Positions 1 to 11,354 of a stretch of DNA of 60,070 nt are shown piece after piece (position 1 is the stretch's first letter; each line of letters opens with the position of its first letter). Both the position numbers and the translations under genes were made by a program. Origin of the DNA: Mizuhopecten yessoensis. Its lineage: Eukaryota. The stretch spans positions 4,725 through 64,794 of the forward strand of contig NW_018404575.1 of assembly GCF_002113885.1 (NCBI RefSeq), in the 5' to 3' direction. The notes beneath the pieces were generated by a model. That model did no database searches. It was not told where the DNA came from and saw only the letters and a program-made list of their open reading frames with translations.

Positions 1-551
1 GCTGCTGTACTGCTGCTCTTCCTCCTCCTCCTCCAAATCCTGTCCCCTATAAAGGCCGAGATAATATGGACTGAACAGTGTGTAAACTAGGTGGTGGAGA
101 TACAGGTTGCATTATAATGGTTGGTTCCGTTTATGTTTCCAATCCGGACCACTGGAGATCCTATTACCAGAAGTATTGGAGGGAGCGAACCCTAGGTATC
201 GGATTGAGGTAACTACTGACATGGGCGACGAAAATTCCGCTCGGGACAGTGAAGTTGTTCACATTTCACCGGTGGCTGCTGCTTTGGAAAGAACAAATTA
301 AGAATGGAAACAATTCCCGTGTTTCGATCATACAGACAGGTCGTGGTATAATTGAGCGAAAATTAAGAAAAAGGAACAATATAAAGAACGAAACTATGTC
401 TTACATATTCAAAATATACAAAAGAAAGCCGAATAATTAGCTATATGTTAGTGATGAGTTGGCTATAGCGCACATAGTATCATAAACAGTTATGATGGTT
501 ACAGTTGGTAATGTTAATCCATGCTCTACTGTACATATGATGTGTACAAAA

Positions 552-576
552 GGGGTTTCCCTTATTGGAAATTCCC
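552..576. promoter_or_regulatory. Tandem pair of NF-kB/Rel-like sites
   Basis: GGGGTTTCCC (552-561) and GGAAATTCCC (567-576, reverse complement GGGAATTTCC), 5 bp apart; both fit GGGRNWYYCC. Function unshown. Confidence 0.3.
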
Positions 577-1378
577 ACAGCTGATTGACATTCATTCACA
601 GCGTCGCGAGTGATCAGCAATATACACTTTTACGTACAGGGTCTATTTGTGAAATGGATCTATTCATCTTATGGACACGCATATTACATGTAACTGATTT
701 GTAAGAGAGTGAACATCTCTAGAACGGTCTCATTTCAAGACCCCGTTTTGTGGGAAAGGGCGTGCAACCCAATACAGATCGTCCCTATACCATGCCACGG
801 GTGGTAGATGACTCTCGGTATTGTAAATATTGTCCATGTTAGGCTTTATGTTGTACGGGTGGACGCGGGGTGGGTGTCTGACCCACGTCCGTTCTTATGT
901 CAGAGACAATTAAATACACGTGCATTGATATCGTCTTGATTAACATATTCGTATATCACAAACACGTCTTTTCGTTTTTATTTTAGCGTCTGGGATCCAT
1001 CTTAAACTCTGTACTATCGCAGTTACCAAAAAGGAGTATTGTGTTTTGGCATTCATATACTTTATTCAACTGTGTATTCACTGACACGATTGGTTAATTG
1101 TCACTTGTAATGTTATGTTACCATGACACTACGCCGTGTCATCTGTCGTTCTGGTAACATACAGTGGGGCAAATCATACCCATACAAATACTGTAGTATA
1201 TGACCCAAACAAACATAACAAAGGATATAAAGACATTTATACAAACAATTAGCAATATTATTAAATGTCAATACATGGAGACTGGGAAGGAGCTCCAAGC
1301 GCGCCAGTAAGAGCGCATGGAGCGCATGGAGCACCGGGAGGAGCACATGAAATGCCGGGAGTTCAGACATCGATTTTA

Positions 1379-2190
1379 AATAGCGATGATATAAATCACC
1401 CGGAACAGGTGTGTTTCTGTATACGTCCCTTAAAGGCAATGAACCAACAATATAATTAACCGATAATCAATTATCATAACAACACTTTTATAAGGGGCCT
1501 TTTAATTTACAAACAATCCTACATGTTCATGAATCATGTATTTTACATATCAACATACAAAAGATGGTTAATTAAACACGTAGGAAATATTGATTCATTG
1601 TTATTATGCATACATTAATCTAAGCCCTCTGAAAAATTCCCTCCTCAATCCATGATAGCGGCTTACATAGATAACGAGAGAAAAAAGTGTGAAATTATTT
1701 GTTTTTAACTAATTGATATATTACTTAAAATCAAAGTCGTAATTAACCAGCATGTTGTCAGTCATCGTTGTTTTTCAATGAAAATTCTTGTTATTGAAGT
1801 AGATTACCAACATCTGCAGTCTGAGACTTCAAGGATATGATACGTATAATGACATGGTTATTATATCATACAATGTTATGACTACATGGTGACATTGTCC
1901 CTAAATATGATGTACAATATCACAATACCTCACCGAGCGTGTAAATACATGGATTTAAAAAGTCGCTCACAAACAACGTCGCCACAATAAATTATTTTCA
2001 ATAGCGATGATGTAAATCATCCGGAACAGGTGCGGTATGTTTTTTTTTATAAAGGTTACTTTAAATTACAAACAATCACACATCATCACAATAGACCCAA
2101 CATCGATATTATCATATCAAAACCTATCATTTCCGGTTTCCCTTCCCAATCCAAGATTGCGGCTTACATAGATAAAGAGAGAAAAAAAGG
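1379..2190 (+). repeat. Diverged direct repeat pair (~1379-1690 and ~2000-2190)
   Basis: Shared blocks in the same order: aatagcgatgat(a/g)taaatca.ccggaacaggtg, ttacaaacaatc, gcggcttacatagataa.gagagaaaaaaag. Confidence 0.7.
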
Positions 2191-2529
2191 ACCTATCGAG
2201 ACGTCCTAGAGTACTACCGGGTTGAGACAGCGAGCGTCAGCTAATCGATGAGTTGCTTATTGACAGTGTTCACTTTGAAACAATAGGGGGATTTATTTGG
2301 TTTGTTTTAATTAAGTTTTGCCCCCATGTGTGTAGTGTATACGTGCTTGCGTTTATGTATGCAGGAGACAGGGTATATTGGTATGCTTTCCTCCTTGTGA
2401 TAGCCCGGATCTGATGCCGTCTTTGTAATGCTATCTCACTGAAAGACCATGCCAAAGTCACGTAGCACAGCAGTAGAAGGAACAGCTCGTGATATGTCAT
2501 GGTGTTCGCACGAACAATTTCTGTTGATT

Positions 2530-2975
2530 GGGATGACAATATTCCGCTTATATATCGTATACGTGTGCTGGTTCTGTTCTTATTATAACTTCGAATGCTC
2601 GCTTCATTCCGATGTCCGGACATCATCATGATCTGTCTACATTGAAAGCCTTCGTCATTCATTTTCTGAATGGCTGTCGCTCTCAGACATTGTATCGTTT
2701 GCTGTACTTCGCATACATTCATATATATGGCATGAACGTATGCCTAAGGCCTTAGCATTGTATCAGATGCTATCGTGCATGGGGTTGTTGATATCATCTT
2801 TTACACAATCATAGAGAAGAGCATGTGCAAAACTTTAGATAGATAAGTTTTTTTTCCAACAGACTCTTTCAACATGTTGAGTGAACAGTTTTTCCCCTGT
2901 TGCATTCATCCGTTTGGCAACGATAGCTTCATTAGTTGACAGTCCGCCTTGGATTGTGTTTCTGTTTAGGGTTTA
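2530..2975 (-). mobile_element. Crypton-type (DUF3504-like) tyrosine recombinase relic, frameshifted
   Basis: ORF 2270-2722 contains QCLRATAIQKMNDEGFQCRQIMMMSGHRNEASIRSY, matching the (H)xxR...SGH...Y catalytic C-terminus. Upstream frameshifted pieces QGGLSTNEAIVAKRMNATG, KTYLSK and YNAKALG fit Crypton YR motifs. Confidence 0.75.
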
Positions 2976-3125
2976 CCATCAAATTATGTAGTTATGCAGA
3001 TTAATTGTAACTCACATTCAATTATTTAAAAAAATATTGGTATTCATATCAGGAATGCATTGTTTCCACTGGCAGTGGGGAGATTTTTTTAAGTGTATAA
3101 CGTACATGTTTGTGTTACCTTGGGA

Positions 3126-3248
3126 AACTGTCATCTTTGTGTACATATGTCTTTGGGTTAATGTACATGTCACACGAGTATTTGTGTGGGTTTCTTCTTG
3201 TGCGAACATACATTAACCCAAAGACATATGTACACAAAGATGACAGTT
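3126..3248. repeat. Perfect 40-bp inverted repeat with 43-nt spacer
   Basis: 3126-3165 aactgtcatctttgtgtacatatgtctttgggttaatgta is the exact reverse complement of 3209-3248. Confidence 0.95.
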
Positions 3249-5315
3249 CCACACCGTGAACGGAGACAGTTCCCTGAAATAAAAGTACAATGTCTAAGTG
3301 TACATTTACGGACACGTGTAAACGTATAACTATATCCATATATATTAATACCATAAAGTATTTAATATTTAGACATTACTTGTAAACAAAATATTATATT
3401 TTATTTCAGAAACTTATATAACATATTTACACCATAATTTTAACCCTAAGACATGATGTTATAAAACCTGACCACGTGTACCTTAATTTAACTTATAGCC
3501 TCAGATATTTGACGGCAATATAATTCAAATGCAATATATTATAAAACCACAGTACTTTATTTAATAATTTGTTAAATAGAAGTAATAGTTTGTTCTATAT
3601 TATTTTAAATTTAATGAAATACTTACCTTGCACTGTGGCGGTAACGCACACAGGCAGTTAACATGCGACTTATCCAAGCCAAGGGTTGGTATAGAGTGAA
3701 CTAACTCACCTGGATAGAGCACATGGTGAGGCTTTTCACGTGCATGAACAGGGTCATAGGTCAAAACGTCAATATCAGCCAATATTTGCACCCACCTCTC
3801 ATACGTCACAATTATAACACAGGTACATTACCTGACACAGACATTTATACCATTATACACGATACACAGCGCAAGTATTAGCATGTACTCAAATTACATC
3901 GTATTTAAAATATATCATGTTAAATACTAAATTACTGGACAAACTGTTGATAAGTTTGGCCACCGTGACATACAAAATGATGGCAGGTAAACCAGTGCGG
4001 ATAACCCCATTTACCCAGGACAGTGGAATACGTTACCACTATTGTCTATGGAAAATCATTTGGTTCTGCGGTCGCTAAGGTCAATCTCTCTTTTAGCAGA
4101 CCGTTCAACAATGTATTTGCCTGTTTAATTTAGTTTCAAAACAATATCATTTTCTCTGTAGATATCTTGAATGTGCCGATGGACGGCTGTATTAATGGTT
4201 TCATGCTGTTTTGTGGTATTCCTGTGGCGTGGGAGTAGTCTCTTCTGATTTGGAGCTGACATCGCAATAAAATCTGCTTAGTTTCTATGACAATTTCACT
4301 TTAGGCACTGTGATCATGTCTATTTCTGTTTTAAAGCATTATGTCTAAAGAGAAAAGAAGGACTTACAGCAGTGTATAGGAAATTCCTATAGCCCGACTC
4401 CCAGGACTATAACATGTTATGGTTATTTGAAAATATAGATTCAGCTTGTAGAATTTTCAAAATATGAATATGCACACTCCTGCAGGCAACTTTTGTTTTG
4501 ATGTAGATTTTCTAGGTTATCGAGACGCTGAAATGACTACCAACTATATTTGAGTGCAATACAAAGTGTCGATACAATCGCAAGTGTAAATTATTAAAAC
4601 GACTTCATTGTATTTGTTTTTGCAATTAAATCAACAATCAACATAGTATTACATATTTTGTGGGGTTTTTTGGTGGACTTTAATTGGGTCATTACTTCAT
4701 ATGTTTTCAAGTCTGCACCAGTATCTTTATTGAACCTGCTCTCACAGTCACTAGTTCATGTAGTCGTAAGAACTCCAGATCTAGTGACTTCACTTCGTCC
4801 TAAATCACCCAAAGTCCGACATAGTGATGTTGGATGATGCATTTCGTATTACAATAAACGCTTCTAAATTGACAACTTTAAAATTACCAACAATTGACAT
4901 CTGAATAAAGTAGACGACAAGAGTGGAAAAAAACACTCGAACGAGATTTGATTTCCATGTTGTTAACTTTTTATATATTTACAAAGTATTTCTAATGTTT
5001 TCAAAATATTTTTTGATAATGTTGTATAATCATTACTCTTGATAAAATTAAATATTGAAGAAATGCAAATTGTTATGAGACTAAAAAATGTACTTTTTCA
5101 AACAAGAGGGAGGTAATTCATATTGATAATATGCTGTGTTTCAATACGCCAACTGGCAAGTTCTTGAGAAACAAACTTTAAAATGTGTAGTAGGTATATT
5201 GAGTCGAAGTTCAGTAGAAATGTAAATATGTATATTTAAATATTGTTTATTTGATTGTTTTAGGACGCAAAAATTGAAAGTGATCAATTTACTAAGGTAT
5301 TATTATTTATATCGT

Positions 5316-7295
5316 TTAAACAAGTGCAAAGACGGCAATATAATTATCCTCATCTGTATTACTAGTGCTAGTTACCACAAATGTATCACCACGAACAGCT
5401 AAAGAGCATGGATTGTGCACTCCTTCTGATGTCGTAAGTAGTTCCCTTACGTGTGCCCCATCCCTAGACATCTGAACGATGTTGTGTGAATCCATGCCGC
5501 ACACGTAGATGTTACCCTCCTTGTCCACGTCTATTCCCCTAGCTCCCATCACGACACCGACCGACATCACACTCCTGTGAGGTTTGTCAGCTGACAACCT
5601 AGACACAACGACGCTCCCCGGGTTGGTGTTACTGACACTGACAAATGTGTTTCTCGTCATTCGATCATGAGTGAGGGACCAACACGTGCTGTTATGTGTG
5701 TATAATAATACGGCTGCTCCGTTCTGTGTGATACTGTATACCTCTCCTCCACTAGTACCTATGACAAACTTTCCATCAGTATGCGTTATACCATAACAGT
5801 ATTTACGATTTGACATGTTGATCTCAGATGCTAGGAAGAGTTTTGAGGCCTTGACCTTTACGACACGTATACCACCGGGCCCCCCGACAGCGACCGCCAC
5901 CGTGTTGTTGGTCATCAGACACATATCCCTGGGATATCCTTGAACGGCCAACTCGTCCAGGTACTGCCCTTTGTCCGTAAACAACTTAAGCTTTTTGTTG
6001 TTATAATCACTTACTACTATGTGTGCACATGGCAGGTACACAACACCAACTGCGTAGCAATTCTTTCTATCTGACGGTGACTTGATGCTGAACTTTCCGA
6101 TTTCTTTCACACGTCGTTCTGACATTGGGTTTGCAAATTCGATATGACCCTCTGGGATGCATCGCGGTTGTTTCCGTACGACAATCTTTCCCATCGCGTC
6201 ATCGCTAATTATATCATTTCCAGAAGCAATATGATGCTCGATGCTAACGGATGTGAATGACTTGCGCATGTCTCTGACGAGGCTTTTACACGACTCTACT
6301 TCTGCCTGTCCTCTCTGATACAACACTATCGTCTCAGTGTCGTTGTTTCCTTCTACGGCTCTAATGGACGACTTCAGGGTATTTTTCATTCCGTTCATCA
6401 GACGTTCGCACTGCTGTGATGATGCCTCCATGTCTCTTTTCTCTTTTTTGAACAATGTAATCAAGTCGTCGGTGATGTCTTTCTGAAGCTTGTCTAGTCG
6501 TTTGTCGACCTTTCGACGTAGGTCGGAGATGATCTGCAGTGCTATTTCTTGGTTCTGTAACATCGCCTGGAGTTGTTGGTCAAAGTCCTTTACTACTGAG
6601 TCCATGACCTCTGCTCCTTTCTTCAGCGCAGCCTGCATCTCTTTTAGTTGTTCTCCTGACTTTAACTTTTTAAAATATTCCGTCGTTTTTGTCACCTCTT
6701 CACAACCTCTGTGGTCTTCGATCACACTTTCGGGGCAGCACAGAAGTTGGTGGTCTTCACAATACCAAATCATTTTCTCGTCGTGTCGGTCACATCGAGG
6801 GACAGACTTGTCATGTTTACAATGAGTATTTACGTAAACGGTGATATCCAATATATCACAGTCATTATGCAATATATCATGAAGTTGTACCTTACAAGAC
6901 TCACACAAACTGATATTCATCGTCTTGCACCAAAATTGTGCTGGGCTGGTTTTATTTCCTTTTGTCTGACATGGTTTGCAGTATATTGGTTCAGACGAAC
7001 GTTCCCCGAGCTGGATAATGTCATGGGCTACATTATTAGTCGGGAACTGTTTTGCCCATTTGTCCTTTGTTTCTGTCTGATTAACGGGAGAGGTCGTCCT
7101 CCTACAGACCGGACAAGGAAAGGATGTTGCCGACGCCATCTTCCCGGACAGCTCCTTGGTGATATAGATCCAGAGGCAATCCTGACAGAAGGAGTGGAGA
7201 CAGGGTAAGGACTTGGGTTGTTGAAGTCGCTCCAGGCAGATTGGACACTCCAGTAAGTGTAAGTCCAGGTCCGGAGGGAGACCACCTTCAGCCAT
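5316..7295 (-). CDS. TRIM E3 ubiquitin ligase copy 1 (RING/B-box1/B-box2/coiled coil/NHL-like propeller), 659 aa, intact
   Basis: RING CPICLERLQQPKSLPCLHSFCQDC...CPVC; B-boxes CKPC...CESC..LHDILH and CDRH...CEDH...DHRGC; heptad-rich region; NHL-like repeats (VVSDYNNKKLKLF, ARGIDVDKEGNIYVC). Confidence 0.93.
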   Translation of the reverse strand: MAEGGLPPDLDLHLLECPICLERLQQPKSLPCLHSFCQDCLWIYITKELSGKMASATSFPCPVCRRTTSPVNQTETKDKWAKQFPTNNVAHDIIQLGERSSEPIYCKPCQTKGNKTSPAQFWCKTMNISLCESCKVQLHDILHNDCDILDITVYVNTHCKHDKSVPRCDRHDEKMIWYCEDHQLLCCPESVIEDHRGCEEVTKTTEYFKKLKSGEQLKEMQAALKKGAEVMDSVVKDFDQQLQAMLQNQEIALQIISDLRRKVDKRLDKLQKDITDDLITLFKKEKRDMEASSQQCERLMNGMKNTLKSSIRAVEGNNDTETIVLYQRGQAEVESCKSLVRDMRKSFTSVSIEHHIASGNDIISDDAMGKIVVRKQPRCIPEGHIEFANPMSERRVKEIGKFSIKSPSDRKNCYAVGVVYLPCAHIVVSDYNNKKLKLFTDKGQYLDELAVQGYPRDMCLMTNNTVAVAVGGPGGIRVVKVKASKLFLASEINMSNRKYCYGITHTDGKFVIGTSGGEVYSITQNGAAVLLYTHNSTCWSLTHDRMTRNTFVSVSNTNPGSVVVSRLSADKPHRSVMSVGVVMGARGIDVDKEGNIYVCGMDSHNIVQMSRDGAHVRELLTTSEGVHNPCSLAVRGDTFVVTSTSNTDEDNYIAVFALV

Positions 7296-7324
7296 AGTAA
7301 AAGTAAGAAAGTGTCAACACAGAC

Positions 7325-8239
7325 CTGAAATTGAAAATGACAATAGTTATAATCAATTACCAATGAGAAAGACATCTATAGAAGCCGAAAAGTAACACAT
7401 GGAATACTATTTAATCATCATTAAATGTTGTCCAAGTAGTTTAATTGAGGTTAGTCATGTTTCCTATTTTTATTTTATAAACAATTCTGATTTAAAACAA
7501 ACTGTCTATAGACGACATTATGTTATATGGTGTGCAATGACTAGCATTTCTATAATACAAGTGATACCATTTGTTTTAAGTTTTTGAAAGGTTCCAGTTG
7601 TTTTTTGATAAATAGTTGTAATGTTGAAATTTGTAGTTCCTTATCACAAAGTAATATTTCCCGTATGGCCGATATACAAAGCATTTTTTTTTTGTAGCGT
7701 ATAATTCATGAAGCGGTATTGTTTACATTTCATATCGACCATCGACGATAACACAGTGTTTACTTGAACTTAAATGTATGTGTATGTCTGTGTATATGTA
7801 TAAGTCATAAGATCATTTAATCAGAAGTATACATTTGCTTTCTAATACATAAGTCGGTATTTTTATCACATCAATGCTAGCATTGAAGTCCTTTGACGCA
7901 GCAGGGGAGGTAACTCTTATGTATATCCAAGTCGCTAACATATTGTATACATGGATGCACATGAGAGCTTTCGTTTGATACTCATATAATACTATGCGTA
8001 CGTTCTTACATGCGTACGTTCTTACATGTAACGATGTTTACTAGCTTTTTGCTATCAATACAGACAATATATGCTACAAATGAAATAAGAAGTTTCGGTT
8101 TGTATTTTTCTAACAACAGCAAAGGTGTGTCTACATTGCAGTACAGGTACAACTGTGATATACACAGATTATCATTGACTGTTTGTAAAATAAACATCAC
8201 ATGTTAGGGTACATTATCACCTCTGTCTTATATACTCAC
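7325..8239 (-). other. Predicted 5'-UTR intron of TRIM copy 1 (non-coding exon 1 from ~8240 to ~8330)
   Basis: Minus-strand acceptor ttttcaatttcag| 29 nt before the ATG and donor G|GTGAGTA at 8240/8239. Equivalent sites: copy 2 (20791-21725), copy 4 (34474-35305), copy 5 (39760-41033). Confidence 0.65.
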
Positions 8240-8800
8240 CAAGGGGACACCTATTTACACGGGAGACACAAACTTCCATTCTATTAACAACCAGACATTG
8301 TTTACACCTTGAATCCTTCTCTCGAGACAAGGAAGTAAGTAGTGTAAATATCGAATGGAAAAGGCGGAGTCAAAATCCCGGATAGTGCACGCGTCGTATT
8401 ACTTAACGCTGATTTTTACAACATTACGTGTATTATTACTCACGATGTTTTTTTTGTATATGAAATAAAAAGAGGCTACATAGGTGCTGTGTTGTTGTTT
8501 GTATAATTTACGTTGAATAAGAAATATATAGTTATATAGTACAGTATAGACTTGCTTTAGTTATTTTCTTTTTATTTGGAAGTTTGGATAGGTCAATCGT
8601 AGTATAACAGAAGACATTTTATAAGGAAATGATAATGTGATTTGGTTAGATATGGGTATAAATACAGGTTCCATCACAGGAAAAGCTATGAGCAATCTGA
8701 TTATTTCCCTAAGAAAATTAGGCGTGATAACGGCGACCAAGAGGATAGAGTTAGGTTTATTTCGGCAGGTAGAATGAGGCTCTCTAAGACGGAATTAAAT

Positions 8801-9335
8801 AAGTACCGACATTAGAGATACAATAGGTTAGCCTGGAGCTGGTGTGAGTGGTGGCGACTATCCCTTTTCCTGTTAAGTTTGGTCAAATATAGGATAAGGC
8901 AACATTAGTCAAGTAGTCGTTTTTCATGAAACTATAATCTTAAAATAGTACATGAGGAATAGACGGCTCCTTCTTTCATCTATCATCACACTTCGTCCAT
9001 TTATTACTTACTTAATCCCCCTTACTCATTTTCTTGTCTTTTCTTTGTTTGTTGTATAACCAAACTAATCGGTAGTGAATTGATCACTCAAAAACAAACA
9101 AGGAGGAAACGCAGTCATAGTGAGAGGAACACTACTAAACGGAGGAAACGTTGAGAAGGCTAGTAGGGGTTATATTACGTCGTGTGTAGTCAAATTGAAT
9201 TACATAAGGTATATCAGTTGATAGTGTCTATAGTCGCATGGTATCGTAATGCAAGGCCAATTACAGGAATTCATAGTACATGCCGACGCACTGGGTATCA
9301 CGGAACAGGTCGAGGTACTGGGTTTCACATACCGA
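8801..9335 (-). repeat. Inverted diverged copy of 10830-11355 (unique core plus ~3 units of the 27-bp repeat)
   Basis: aagtaccgacattagagatacaataggttagcctggagctggtgtga is the reverse complement of tcacaccagctcctggctaacctgttgcatctgtaaagtcggtactt (~11308-11355) with few mismatches; colinear over ~530 bp. Confidence 0.9.
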
Positions 9336-10019
9336 ACGGACAAAATATCAAAATAAAACAAAAAAAGATAAATAAACATAGAATGAAATTGACAAACAGA
9401 TAAACATAAAAATAATAACAACAAAGCAATGTAAGGTTAAATTTTAATTTGTAATCCACATATATATACGTTACATGTATATACACACATACATGCTATT
9501 TATACAGTTATATATTATGTTATAAAAGTAAAAAGATAAACAAACACAAAAAAATAGATAATCTCAATATAAAAAAAGAATAACAACAAAATCAATAAAA
9601 AGTAGATAAATGATAATAATAATATAACCTTGTAAATATTCAGACAAAATATATCGAGTAAAAATGAAATCCGATTGATTCGTAAACAGGGGTAACATGA
9701 TAGTATACCATAAAAAATGTACTTTGGGGATAATGCTATTAACATTATTAACATCTTACTGTTAAAGGTCACGTTGTATTTTATGTCGAGATAGTATGCA
9801 TGAAAATCGATAGACACGAATATCTATCGCTATGACAACATGTATTACTTAAATGGTTGTTAAGCTTCCTAATTAAGAGTGTAATTGATTAATATGTAAT
9901 GAGCTTAGTATGTTCGTACGTCAAAGACGATATTGCTTGATAAGAACTTCAGAGACTGGACCAGTTCAACATTTAGATTTAATCGTAGCATTGACATTTA
10001 TTGAAACACACATTATACG

Positions 10020-10250
10020 GTATGATGACGTTTGTGTGCACTGATTGATGACGTTGTATGTACTTTATGATCACGTTTGTGTGCACGGATTGATGATATT
10101 GGCGTGGACTGGTCGATGCCGTATATGTACTATATTATGACGTTTATGTGCACTGATTGATGATGTGTATGTGCACTGATTGATGCCGTTTGTGTGAACA
10201 GATTGATGACGGTTATGTGTACTGATATATGACGTTCGTGTACTCTGATA
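10020..10250 (+). repeat. ~23-bp minisatellite (GATTGATGACGTTTGTGTGCACT), ~10 degenerate units
   Basis: Directly visible periodic units. Confidence 0.8.
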
Positions 10251-10258
10251 AACTGGAA

Positions 10259-10906
10259 GTCACCCTGTACTGTGATACCTAATATTTCGCCCTGTTCGTT
10301 GATATCCGATACGTCACCCTGTTTTCTGGTTCCAAGTGTACAGTAATACCAATTACATCGCCATGTACTGTGATACCCATTACGTCGACCTGTACTGTGA
10401 TACCAAGTACCTCGCCTTGTACTGTGATATCCAGTGCGTCGCCCTGTAATTTGATACGTAGTGCGTCGCCCTATACCGTGATACTAGGTACGTCGCCCTA
10501 TACTGTTTTACTCAGTACGTCGCCCTGTACTGTGATATCCAGTGCGTCGCCCTGTAATTTGATACGTAGTGCATTGCCCTATACCGTGATACTTAGTACG
10601 TCGCCCTATACTGTTATACTCAGTACGTCTCCCTGTACTGTGGTACCCAGTGCGTCGCCCTGTACTGTGATAACCAGTATGTTGCCCTGTACTTCGATAC
10701 CCTGTACTGCAATTCCCAGTACGTCGCCCTCTACCGTGATATATGCTATATCTACATATACGTGATATTCAGGACGTCACCCTGTACTAATATACCCAGT
10801 ACATCGCCATGTACTTTGATACCCAGTACGTCGCCCTGTACTGTTATACCCAGTACGTCGGCCTGTACTATGATTTCCTGTACTTCGCCTTGTACTACGA
10901 TACCAT
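10259..10906 (+). repeat. 27-bp tandem array (CCCTGTACTGTGATACCCAGTACGTCG), forward orientation
   Basis: Visible units; translates as the 9-aa repeat STSPCTVIP. Confidence 0.92.
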
Positions 10907-11354
10907 ACGACTATGTTCACTATCAAGTGATATACATTAATTATGTAATTCAACTTGACTATAAACTACACACGACATCATAGAACCCTTACTAGCCTTT
11001 TCACCGTTTCCTCACTTTGACTGCCAAAGTAAGAGATAGCGTTTCCTCCTTGTTTGTTTTTTAGTTGTCAATTCACTACCGATTAATTCGGTTACCCAAC
11101 AAACAAATAAAAGATATAAACAAATGAGTAGGGGGATTAAGTATGTAACAAATGGACCAAGTGGGATGATAAAGGAGAGAAGGAGCCGTTTATCCTTCAT
11201 GTATTAATTTAAGATGTAGTTTTATGAAAGACGACTCCTGGGCTAATGTTGCCTTATCCTGACTTTGACCCGACTTGACCGGAAGAGGGATACAAAGCCG
11301 CCATCAATCACACCAGCTCCTGGCTAACCTGTTGCATCTGTAAAGTCGGTACTT

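Noticed and set aside
6490-7208. Plus-strand ORFs overlapping TRIM genes (also at 20009, 28649, 33688-34229, 38772-39515)
   Set aside because: Antisense shadows; their recurrence simply mirrors the paralogy of the real genes.
9515-9817. Hydrophobic 100-aa ORF as a membrane protein
   Set aside because: It is the reverse translation of an A-rich low-complexity tract.
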